Source: Catajapyx aquilonaris (taxonomy: Eukaryota). From it: a stretch of 39,090 bases of DNA. Under the pieces are notes generated by a model, which saw only the letters and a list, made by a program, of their open reading frames with translations, did not search any database and was not told the origin of the DNA. Of the stretch, positions 22,734-34,200 are shown piece after piece; within the stretch, counting starts at the first letter, position 1; every line of letters starts with the position of its first letter. The stretch is from NCBI GenBank assembly GCA_000934665.2, contig JYFJ02000923.1, positions 62,001 to 101,090 on the forward strand, written 5' to 3'. Both the position numbers and the translations under genes were made by a program.

Positions 22734-23656
22734 CGAGGGGTGTTATATAAGTTCGTGGTTTCGCCTAGAAGGAGAAGCAAATGCGGAAGTTAAACATCGC
22801 CATTAAATCGAGCCACCCTTCAAACCCCTATATCCACCCAATTGACATAGGTGTCAAAGTCCTTGGGTTCAGAAATAATTCGGATGTGAAAGGGTACGCA
22901 GCATTTTGTGAAGATGGCGAACATCGCACATCGCGCGGTCATCCAGTACCTGGTGGCAAAGGGAATGGGTGCCAAGGACATCTTTGAGGACATGAAGGAT
23001 ACATTGGCTGGCGATGCACCATCCTACAGCATGATCCAGAAGTGGATTGCCCTCTTCAAACACGGCCGAGACAGCCTAGAAGACGACCCCCGCTCCGGAA
23101 GACCTGTGTGTTCCACCACTGAAGAAAATGTGGCCGAAGTGGAGGAACTAGTGATGGGAGACCGAAGACTGACTATCAGGTACCTTGCTGAGGTGGTGGG
23201 CATCTCAACATTTTCCATCCACACCATACTACATGACCACCTGCGCCTGTGGAAGGTGTCAACACGATGGGTACCCCGAATGTTGTCGCCAGAACAGAAG
23301 GCGGCGCGTCGGGAGATTTCACAATATTAAATTTGGACCAGCTGAATGCTGATGCAGAAGGATTTTACGCTCCTCTGGTCACACAGGATGAAACCTGGGT
23401 ACCTCTACCTGTTCCCGAACATGAAGAAACACCTGCGGGGTCGACTCCATGGGAGTGACGAAGAGGTCAAGGCAGCTGTGGAGGACGTCTTGGGGGGGTG
23501 AGATTCTTCCTTCTACCAGAACGGTTTGGAGAAGTTGCCACGAAGATGGACAAAGTGTATTGACCGGTGTGGGTACTATGTTGAGAAATAAAATTGTTTC
23601 TTTGTCATGTCTCGCGTATGTCTACTTGAAACCACGAACTTATATAACACCCCTCG
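22734..23656 (+). mobile_element. Internally deleted mariner element (irritans-like), 923 bp
   Basis: Perfect 29-bp TIRs CGAGGGGTGTTATATAAGTTCGTGGTTTC with TA TSD. Transposase N-terminus from ATG 22914 (LEDDPRSGRP, WVPRML), then TQDETWV, then a jump to YLFPNMKKHLRG...RWTKCIDRCGYYVEK; the HDNA/YSPDLAP core is missing. Confidence 0.95.
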
Positions 23657-23658
23657 TA

Positions 23659-24126
23659 AAGCAGCCTGTTGCTGAAAATGGAGGTTTTATCAGTTCAACT
23701 ACTGCACTTGGATTGCGAGATAGTAGTATTTGCGAGTATTGCGAGTATATAGTAACAGACGCGAAGAGTGCATTTCTCTTCTGACATGCCAACCAAACCA
23801 GGCAGTAGGTGCAGCATGTGCAAAATTAGTGAATGAGTTTAATGAAGGTGGGTTAGTGCACCCTTCGGAGGAGTGTTTTCATTTTCTCAGCATGATAGAA
23901 GGGATTGTAACACACCAGCTGAGTACATCCAGGCTGCATCGAGGCTCTATTGATGACATCTTGGCAGATATCAGCAGATTGAGAGTAACATTTGTGAGCT
24001 GCGAAGCTCACAAACAATAAATCATGTCACACAGTGTTGATGAGAATGAACTTCTATGACAAAGGCCTCAATAAATCTCGCCAAGAAGACAGAAAGAAGC
24101 AAAACCTGCTCAGACTATGCAAATAG
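23659..24126 (+). mobile_element. P-element/THAP9-like transposase C-terminal relic
   Basis: C..C, then EGGLVHPSEECF (GGLxxPS motif), CEAH and RMNF segments with stops and frameshifts. Confidence 0.55.
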
Positions 24127-24331
24127 TCAATTTTTATCATGTGCGTAATATATGATTATTATATTAATTATTATCATGATGATGTAATGTACAGGAGGCG
24201 CCCAATAATTGCCGTTGCCCTGCTGTGTTTCATGCGGACAAGGCGGCCATGGAAAAAAAATATTCCACTATACTGACTATAGCAATAATCGCCCCTTGCT
24301 TGGACTGAATGAATAATGCACACTGTACAGG

Positions 24332-24795
24332 CAGAGCTGGGCAGTATTTGAATACAAATGTATATAAATACGCATTTAAATACTTCTTGGTATTTAGAGA
24401 TGTATTTATACCTACATTGGTTCTCCTGTATTTAAATACACTCTGAGTATTTAAATACAGAAGTATACATATCGTAAATACTTTCCGTAACTTTTTTATT
24501 GCGCAGCAATAAAAAATCTGGAAAGACGAACTTTTGATTTTCATTTGTCATTCTGTAATTATATTATTAAACTTACCCTTTTACTGAAGTTGAAGTCTTG
24601 AAAACACATAGCTAATTAATAGAATGGATATAAAAGTAGAAATCTGTTATGTTTTCTTATTTTATCCAAAGAATGATGGTAAGAAATTAGTTGCACATTA
24701 ACAAATGTACTTGTCAATGTACTTGAAATGTATTTACGAAAGTATGTAAATACCTTTGATGTATTCAGTATTTAGTATTTAGTATTTAATTACAT
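24332..24795 (+). mobile_element. hAT-like non-autonomous element fragment
   Basis: Begins CAGAGCTGGGCAGTATTTGAATAC with multiple GTATTT(A)AATAC subterminal repeats; right end not found. Confidence 0.45.
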
Positions 24796-25779
24796 TCAAG
24801 TTTTTAGTGCCGATCACTGTGTACAGGAGTGAGCATGTTGTGTGATGTAAGTATGTATAATATGTTGAGGTTCACTATTAACTTGTGTTCATAGGCTAAC
24901 TTACACATAGTTGTAATAATTATTATGATTGCATGATATAAATGTGCAAGACATGAACATGTTGTGTGACATAATATTAGGCTATATCGCGGGCTATATT
25001 GAGGTTCAATCAATATATATCACAAATTATCCAATGCCGCCCCCATCCAAAGACACAGCCTAATAATGTAAAAGATATCAAATTTCCATTGTCATTGTCA
25101 GTCGTCCAGTCAAAGATAAAGGATATTATTTTGATATAATTAGGTCTCACGAGATATTTTTAAAGTGATATGGAGCGCCATATCATGGCGATTACTACTT
25201 TCCCAATATATTCCCCACCCATATGGCTACCAAAGTGCACCTGTTTCAGTCGGAAAATAGTATACACAGTGTATCACATTTCCTCCATAAAAAAATACTG
25301 AGCTGATATCCTAAAACCCGACATAGATCGAGAAATAGGCGGGGAGAACCGCTCTTCCCCATAAGGCGTAATGGCAGGAGTAGCAATCCTGTCGATCGCA
25401 GTGCCACCTGGCGGATTTTCAACTTTTTTGGGGCTCAGGGAAAGCTGCGCTTGGCATACTATGCAATTTTAGGTACTGTAACCGTGGGCTGAACCGCGGG
25501 CTGAACTTTAAGATGTGGATGCGCATGCGCAGTAGGGTGAAGCCAGGGATTATGGGGGAAAAAACAGTTTACCGTGACAGCGCGAAGTTAGAGTGGATTA
25601 TCTGAATTTCTGACTTCCAATGTTGCCTTATAATGTTCATGTAGAAATTGGAAATTATACATGATTATGCCTTTGCTTTCCCTAGTAGCCTACCGTATGT
25701 TAATTTCAATTAATGTAGGAGTACCTTACTTGGCAGTATGAGCTACTACTTCTATGAAATTGGTATTTGCTATACTATA

Positions 25780-25978
25780 CAGAGTGTCTCAACTTTTTTG
25801 TCCGAACAATTATCGGAAATATTGCACTAAACTGCTTATTTTGCAACCAGTGATGCTTCCCTGGCTTTATCAGTTGAGGGATGTGCCAGGAATGTTGGGG
25901 CATATTCTGGCTACATAGCTAGAAGATATACATAAGCTTTTCCGATAACTGTTGGGACAAAAAAGTTGAGATACCCTG
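25780..25978. mobile_element. Tc1/mariner-type MITE
   Basis: TA|CAGAGTGTCTCAACTTTTTTGTCC...GGACAAAAAAGTTGAGATACCCTG|TA; ~40-bp imperfect TIRs. Confidence 0.8.
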
Positions 25979-26120
25979 TATACCTTGTAGGTGTGTTGTA
26001 GGTGAACGGTTATCGACGTATCTTGCTGGGATTAAGGACCCATGTTCGATGCTGGTCCAGTGGCTTTTTTTCCTCTAATTAGTGCAATAACACTATCACA
26101 GTTGCTCTAACTTAGCATTA

Positions 26121-26408
26121 ATAATTCCTACCCCATTATCAGCCGGCGCGGCGGCTCTTTAGGGGGGAAATTTTTGTTTTGACTGGAACTCTTTGCTTTC
26201 ATTTTTATTTGCTTTTTGGGATAGGATAGGGACGGAAGGAAGCGGGTGTGGCCTGTTTTTACGGAAACGACCCCGGAATTATCCTGGGAGGACCGTGGAA
26301 AACCACAGAAAACCACGGTCAGGGAGGACGCCGGCCCCGGGATTCGAACCCAGGACCTCCCGATTAGCAGGCGGACTCCATATCCACGACACCAACCTGC
26401 TTCGGTCC
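26121..26408 (-). mobile_element. tRNA-derived SINE with 14-bp TSD
   Basis: Head with A box (TGGTGTCGTGG) and B box (GGTTCGAATCCC); body GGTTTTCTGTGGTTTTCC...GGCCACACCCGCTTCCTTCC typical of arthropod SINEs; TSD CTAACTTAGCATTA at 26107-26120 and 26409-26422. Confidence 0.9.
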
Positions 26409-26749
26409 CTAACTTAGCATTACTATTAGTGTTGGCATTGGTACTGCTAACTTAGCAGTGACTAGCAGTATGACGAAAATTCCACCCATAATTTTCTTCC
26501 TTCTACTATCTAATTGCAAAGATTATTATTAGGTATTTTCAATTTTCTATTCCCTGAATATTGTTTGAAGCACTATGCCAATCATTATTTTCTTTGTATC
26601 ACGAAGAAGCTCATTCTTTAACAAACAACCCCCGCGCCGACCCGGTACTAGCAAATCACATATGAAGCATGGATAATGCACCAAACTATAACAATTATCA
26701 TTTACCAAATTAAAATCAAACGATAGCGCCTTTCCACTCCCAGCCAATC

Positions 26750-27300
26750 CCAAGGCCTCTCAGGCAGAGTCTTTGAAGGTGGGTATCGACGTGCGAGTTC
26801 CTCGTATGCGGGAAATCTTGTACGTCGAGACGGACTCTTTGTCGCCTCAGGGCCCCTCTTGTTCCTCGAAAAGGGGATTAAAGTTGAAAATTGTCAAGTT
26901 TTCCTCGTTCCTCGTATCCGGGCATGCGCGCAGTTGGCTCCTCGTATGAGAGAAAACTGGTACTGTTACATGGGTACCGGCCTTCAGCCGCAACCGCACT
27001 ACTAGTCTCTCCTGCCATCTAGTGCCTCCATGTTGAAGCTGCTGACTAGGATCAAGGATCATTTCCTTCATATTTCCCTCCGATCCTGGTTGCTGGGCCT
27101 ATTCCTGCGCTTGGTGGGCTTCACGGTCAGCTCTTGGGTCAGCTCTGCGGAGGATACGCAGCATTTGGTACCGGTGCTGATGAGCCGGGCAAGGATTGCG
27201 ACTGCTAGCCTGGTTAAGAGTACGAGACGTGCTGGAGGCTGGTAGAAGCCGTAGAAGGTTTGTTTACTCTTGTGCGCGGTCATCACGATCATGTGGTTGA
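26750..27300 (-). mobile_element. Degenerate 3' fragment of a LINE (L2/Kiri-like) ORF2
   Basis: CCVSSAELTQELTVKPTKRRNR resembles the post-RT YC..Y.DL..EL..KL..LQN motif; SIPTFKDS resembles the terminal S..FK motif; many frameshifts. Confidence 0.4.
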
Positions 27301-27807
27301 CAGTAGCCTTAGATAGATAGCAGCTGAAGCTTTTTTTTTTTTAGACTTGAGGGTAAAGGCCTTTAGGGGAGCTCATCTTGCAGAGCCTGATATCAGGTGT
27401 CTTCTTGCAGGAAGTGCATCAGCATCCGGATGGGTGTTGCCAAAGGATCTCTTACCACTGGAAGGTAGCGGGAATCTGCATGCGGTCAGAGGGAAGAAGT
27501 TACATTGTGTTGAAGCAGGTACGTTGTTTGTGGACAAGCCCAGTGCGTGGTTTGTCACTTTTATACTGCGTGTAGAGGCTGTGACGCAGGGAACAGAGGG
27601 TATGTCATCTATTTGCTGATAAGTGTGAGCTAGATAAAGCTGATGGCCTATATTTACATGTGCAGTAAAGATAGATGCAGGGGATAATTTGTGGTTTATT
27701 GCAACTTGCACTGAAAACATGGATATGCCACATAGCTTGCAGCTGGATTCGTGAACTTAGGAGATTTTTAGAGATACTATAGATATATGTTGTGCAACAA
27801 AGATATT

Positions 27808-28863
27808 GAGGAGGTGAGTTCCAAACTGGGCTATATCCTCCTGAGACCTGATGTCCAATATATTGGACATCAGGTCTCAGGAGGATATAGGTTTTCTGTA
27901 ATTTTTCAGGAGAGACGAAAACGAATAAGTACAGAAGCCGATATGACACATGCACAATTTTTTTTATGTAACATCATGCAGTTACCTCTGACACTTTGAT
28001 AAAGTCATATTTAAAATTCAAGTTATTGTCTACCTGCAATTAATATGTTTTGCCAGATATAAGTGACTTTGGAACACACTAGTCGAGATAGGTCATTATG
28101 GAAGAGCCTGCATGTTTCAACCTATTTATAATCAACTTTCCACGACTGTATTATTTATTTTCATCTGCATAGTTTACATCTCTCCGCATAAAATAGTGCC
28201 TTGTACCAAAGTAACAGCACAAAATGCTCAAATGAAGTGGTTTATTGATCCATCATACACACACTCACAAGGCTTATTATTACTATTATCAGTAATGGCG
28301 CTAGAGTCATCAGTATTATTCACAACATCATCATCATCCTTTGGGAGATACACGTCTTTGTAATATTCTAGAAGGGGATTCTTGTCCCATTCGTCCCCAT
28401 AATCCCTTACGCAAGGAAGTAGGACAGGGAATTCCCCGCACAGAAGGAAAGGAGAGGGAGGGGGGAGGTGGAGGGATTGCACAACTCTTTACTTTTTGAG
28501 GAAAGGACGAATCCACTTTTCATGAATATCCAGATCAGTCAGAAAATAAAACACAAATCCCATGCTTAAAAAAGTAAGATAACCCGTATTGATATTGGCA
28601 CATATTCCAGCAGTGCGATCATTGCAGTATATAAACCAAAATGGAAAGAACAGCAAGATAGCTCTTCTTGGAACAAACTGGGCCTCCGAGATAGATCGCT
28701 AAGGAACAAACCGTTCAGTTTGAATGCTTGTAACTCCATGAATAATTTTTTTTGGCGTGGTCGTAGTTTACGCAGTTGCAGATCCCTACTCTGACCAAGA
28801 GATGGCATGGAAATCTCAATTTCGAATTTTTTCGAGATAGCCCACTATGGAACTCACCTCCTC
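27808..28863 (-). mobile_element. Deleted DNA transposon with GAG...CTC termini (Sola-like)
   Basis: 28-bp inverted repeats 27807-27834 and 28837-28864 (26/28). Internal minus-strand peptide YGDEWDKNPLLEYYKDV...acidic...CEC resembles Sola-type transposase C-termini (from memory). Confidence 0.5.
27831..27890. repeat. Perfect 60-bp palindrome (collapsed TIR-only element)
   Basis: CTATATCCTCCTGAGACCTGATGTCCAATA|TATTGGACATCAGGTCTCAGGAGGATATAG. Confidence 0.95.
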
Positions 28864-31273
28864 ATATGCAAACATCTGTCACAGCCTTGCTTCCTCGTAA
28901 CTCCAATGTAGTATACGTGTATGTTCAAACCCCGAAAGTGCTCAACGAGCGAAAAAAAAAAAAAACGACCATTTCGCAACATGCTTTTTAAAAATGGCCA
29001 GATCGCAGAATGCGTCTTTTCAAACCATCTATTTCGCAAAATTATCTTTTTTAAAGGGGACATATTGCGGAATTGTCGTTTTCAATACAGCCAGAACACT
29101 TTCTGGAGTAAATGAAAATGTCAGGACGTGAATTTTGTGTCGTGGCTGGTTCAGAAAACACCCATAACACGTTTTGGCAGTTTCTGGTTCCCCACAACGC
29201 CAAGTATAGATGCTGGAAATAAATCACCCTATTGTTGTTTGGCAAATGGTTGAAATACTTAGCATTTATTTGATGATCCTGTTTATTGACATTACTTGTA
29301 CATCTTTTTCCAGGAACTGTTACCTGCAATTATTAGACTATTTGTTGCTGCAGGCACTGTTAGAATGACATTTAGAATGACATTTAGTATTGCAGGAATG
29401 ACATTTACATTTATCAATCAAGTACCTTTTGCACCTGCAACGTACGAATCGAGGCGTACTACCTGAATTTCGAGCTGAAGCCGATGGAAGAGATACAGAA
29501 TTGGAAGGCATTGTTCAAATCGATCATATTGGAATCAGCAGTTGTGAACTCATTGCTGGGATTGGTAGTTCAGTCGATTCTTTCAATTGACATGAATTCT
29601 CGCGGTCAAATAAACCTGATCGCCAAGCAGTCTGAATCATATGGGGAATATCCTGGAATTAACCCTAATAAGACGGGCATATCATATGCTGATACGGTGG
29701 CTTTAAAAAATTCTGCTGGCGAAACTATAGCGTTTTCCCACTATGTAAAATGGTTTCTGTGTGGCTTTTTAAATTTTCTCTCATGTAAAAATCGCGAGTT
29801 TTGGACTACAACATCTTGCATAAATAAACCGGTTTAACCAGATTAACTTGAATGAAATCATTTTTTTGCAGCCACTGAAAAAAAAGCTTCAAACAAGAAA
29901 AATTATTCGACCTTGGCCGGCAAATTTTTGGCATACAGAGTTGCCCCCAAACTCCCTCAAGAGATTCCACCCTAAAATTAGTGCAAAAGATAATTCAATA
30001 GCTTTAAAATAAATAATGTTGTAAATGCCAATTAGCTGCCGGCGGGCCACTGCGCAACTCCTGGCCAGCCTCCGTCAGGATGGAGGGCCGCATGCCCCGC
30101 TGGGTTTTTGAACAGCTGTGGAGCGAGGGAGGTTTACACTCGGTTGGGGGGTGAATGTTTGTCTCTGTTGCTGGCATGCCTGTCCTGTGACATAATTCAT
30201 GCCATGTGCTTATGTACTGCTTTGTTCAGCAGTGCCAAGGCTACATACCCATAGACTTTTTGTCAAGCAGGCAGAATGACAAAAAATTTGAGTGGGCGCG
30301 AAATATACCCCCTGTGCCGCCATTTTGCTCATTTAAGAATTTGCATCTCCATAATGGTATGAGAGGAGGGTCACATAGATGGCCTCAGGATCAAGCCTGG
30401 ACACTAGACGATCTTATTCACTTGTGTATTTACGTATATTTACCCAAGTGACAAAGCAAGCGAATTTTTTGCAGATCCTTGCAAAAACGCGAAAAACCAC
30501 CTGTCTTATTACGATTAAGATTGTTAGAATATAGTATCTCATAAGGTTGTGCTGTCCTGCTAGTTGGTGCTGACTGGTGACAAGTAGCAAAATATGCAGT
30601 TTGCTCAAAATCCCTTTGTTGCTCATGAATGCTCTTTAAAGCCCTGTGCTTGATTTATTAAAGCTAGGATTAACCCCACGAAGATTATAGTAGAAGAACC
30701 AAGATGTAAAGGCACATGCCATCCACCACCACCTAATCTGAATGCAGCTCAGTCTGGATCGCTTGCAATGATATCTGAGGGTGATTAGAGGCTTGGCAAG
30801 ACTGAGTTTCCATATGTGATCCATTTTACCTAAAGTGACTTGGCAATTATAATGAGCAGGACATGACAACTCAGCCTCTTTCCAAGCCTCTAATTGCTCT
30901 GAGCTATTGCATTGGATGATTCCGAGTGGGTGGGATTCAGATGAGGCTGTAGGTGGTCTCTGCCGTTATATTTTGGTTACTCGACATAGATGCGGTTTTC
31001 CTTAAACTTGCTAAAAAGCTGCGAGAGTTCCCGTCTCATTCTTGTTTCTCATCCAAGATTGGGGTGAGCTTGATATCCAATTATCAAGCTTGCCTGACCT
31101 AACATAATCTTCTGAGAAGGCACTCCTGAGATTGGAGACCCCAGGTTTGATCATAACCTCAGCAATGGTTTTTCAATAGATTCAGAGCATTTCTGGCACC
31201 ACTTTATAACCATGCCTTTTTCTGTTTATTGAGTGAGTGATTGCGCTTGTTGATTTTCAGACATCCTATGTGA

Positions 31274-34200
31274 ATGGCATACTCATCAGTTCGTGAGCAG
31301 CAGGCCAGAGTAGCAGCAGAGAGTCTTCTTAATAAGAGTGGGCACAGTGATGTGGAGTGTTCTTTGAGGAGCAATCTGGGTGCCATGGGTGAACCTCTTT
31401 TGTCTCCTGCTTCTGGTAATAAGATAACTACAACCATATCAGTGTCTAGTATTGTGTCTTACTGGAGGGTGTTAATAAACTTTACCACCCAATGTGGTGG
31501 GGGCAGGAGGTCCAGGAAGAGCAACCTCAGTAAATGAAACATTTGTCTTGTATTTGTTTATTTGGGTGTCAGAAGGCATTCGAGGCACTGGAACAGTGCC
31601 TGTTGCTGCCATGCCAGCAGCAGGGCATTGGTCTGAGAGGGTGTCTACAATAATATTCTGAAAATTAAGCAGGTTAGCTGGTAAGGAAGTTTCTTGCATG
31701 AGCTTTTCCGGTGTCTTTGATGCCCTCTCGTACCTGAAAGAGGCACCGAAGGCCATATTTTACCCTTACTTGGGACCTCTATACCCCCCTGTGAAATGAG
31801 TGGTAAAATTCATATAAACACCCTGTATAAGTTATGTGTATAGTAGCACCTTTTACGCTATTTCTGGCATAGCATTGTGTAGACTGCATTGCACCATCAT
31901 GTGTTTTGCTTGAAACAGGGGGGTTACTCTTGTAGTGGGGCGGGTAAGCTAACCTATTGTGCATTTTTTGATAAAAGCACCTTTGTGCAGAGGTAATTCA
32001 ACCTATTATGAACAAATTTGGATATTGGGCCATCGCGTATGTGCCCCCTGGCGGCCGCCACTGTTCCGTAAACAGGGACTTATAGTCGAAGCGGTACACA
32101 AAATTATGCTGCAAAATCTTGCAGAAAGCAAGCCACTTTGCACAGACGTTCCATAGACCAAGACGATCAATTTGACCTGCAGCACCCTTACCCCTGACCT
32201 TATGGGGTCAAATGGAGGCCATTTTTGAAAAAACGGTCATATATTTTTTTGTAAATTCCAAATTGCCTCTCCATGGCAATGTTGGTGTCATTTCCGCATA
32301 TTTCGAGGTCGACAAGTCGATGGGTAACGTGCAGGAGGTCATAAGGTCACTAGTTGGTGACCTATGACCTCCGTTTTGAAATTACCCTGCTGGGCTATGT
32401 CTGATGGTATATTTGCGACTAAAAGGTGGCATGTGAGGTATCGTTTAGATATAATTTGATGTCACTGAAACCGAAAACGACAATAAAAACTCGGAATCAT
32501 GCATCCGGTGACCTGTGGGGCGCCATATTGGGTTTCAACTTAAACCCTTTGGTGGGGATATGCACCCGTAAGTGAATAGTAGACGTGTTTGGTATCCTTG
32601 CAGCATATTTCGAGGTCGACAAGTCGATTGGTAACATGCAGGAGGTCAGTGGGAGGAGCAGGTCAGTGGGAGGAGCAGGAGGAGTTTGTGACCTATGGCT
32701 GCCATTTTGAAATTATCTTATCGGAAAATGTCTAAAGGTATTTGCATATGATGTGTGGCTTGTGAGGTGTCGATAACATTTTAAAAAAATTATTGTACCC
32801 CGTGATGACCCTTACGGGTTCTATAGGGGGGTGGTACGCCACCATTTTTCCTCAATTTTCTAAGTTAAATCACTCCGGTGCAGGGAAACAAGGACATGGG
32901 AAAGGATTGGGATTTTTGGGGAGGGAACATGGGTGCAAGTGCATTGTCTGAAAAGGGGTCATGTGCTGTTCCCCAGGAGGTTAGGTTGCCAGACACCTCC
33001 TTGGTGCAGGTCAGAGACCCTCCTGACGCAGACGAAAGGTAACTCCCAGGCGGGGAGCGAACCTGGGACCTTTCACTCAGCAAGCCGAGACGTTATCATC
33101 TCGGCCACCACACCTCCCCTGTCGATTACATATAATTTGCTGTCACTGAAACCAAAAATGGCATTAAAAATCTCGAATCATGCTTTTTGAGACCAGACAA
33201 GCACCATATTGGATTTCAACTGAAGCCCTTAGGTGGGGATATGCACCCGTAAGAGAATAGTACACGTGCTTGGTGTCTTTACCATGTTCCTTGCGATCGG
33301 TTTTTGGGAAGTTACTGAGTTTTTGTGCTTTCTTTCACATTGGTAACAGCTAGAAAAAACCGCTTTGTACCCACACAAGCCGCACAAAGCGGCCAAGCAA
33401 GCAGGTGCAGCTGGAAGGGTGCATGAATTGACTTGCGCATGCTTTCACCTTCACCTGCGCATGGCTGCTTGCAGTTTTTCCCAGGAGGATGCTTATTTAC
33501 TTGCCCAGAAGTGTAGTTTTTTTCATATTGTAGTCAAGTGCCTTGATGTTGAGCAATGTATTTGCTAATATAATTATTTATTTCAAAATAGTGCCTCCAT
33601 GTTACAATGCCATCAACAATCCTGACATCATAACAGAAGATCTGGTGGTGGGAATGAGGCAAAATGGACGCATTTCTCCAGTGCGGCGTTTTTTCTGCCT
33701 GCTTGTTACATTTGATCTCTTGTTCACAACTCTTCTTTGGCTTATTCTTGTGATGGTGAGTACTTTTTATTATCTGCATGTCGATATCAGATATGCTTCT
33801 CTATAATTTTTCATTTTAGTGTTTCTGTGAAGTGCTCACTTATGAGGTTCAATCAATGTATTCTCAGCCTGACATAGATGGGGTTGACATATAAGGACGT
33901 GTTGTCAGTAAATTGTAGTGGGACTCTCTAGAACATCACTCACAAAGTTTCATTGCAATTGCATAATTCCAATGGGAGTTATTGATCCCTGAAGGCATGA
34001 AAGTGTGGGGTCTTCTGACGATGGAGAAGATCAAGGCTCGTGCAGTATCAAATTCCTTCACAGGAAGGGGATGGGCCTTTATGGACATTTATGAAGAAAT
34101 GTACACAGAGTGGGTTATGATGCTCCATGCTACAATATAGTCAAAAAGTGGGCATAGGAGTTCAAGGTGAGTCAGCAGAGCTTGGAAGATGACCCCCGCC

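Larger units (their letters stand above)
22273..25433. repeat. Pair of perfect 57-bp inverted repeats (22273-22329 and 25377-25433)
   Basis: CCCCAAAAAAGTTGAAAATCCGCCAGGTGGCACTGCGATCGACAGGATTGCTACTCC and its exact reverse complement; flanks are related but diverged. Confidence 0.85.

Noticed and set aside
26300..26408. tRNA-like sequence (also 33050-33119)
   Set aside because: SINE heads with bodies and TSDs, not complete cloverleaf tRNA genes.
27411..27518. 108-nt AG/GT-bounded exon-like segment on the plus strand
   Set aside because: No recognisable product or partner exons.
30043..30054. Transib-like terminus (GGGCCACTGCG)
   Set aside because: Single short imperfect motif with no partner end.
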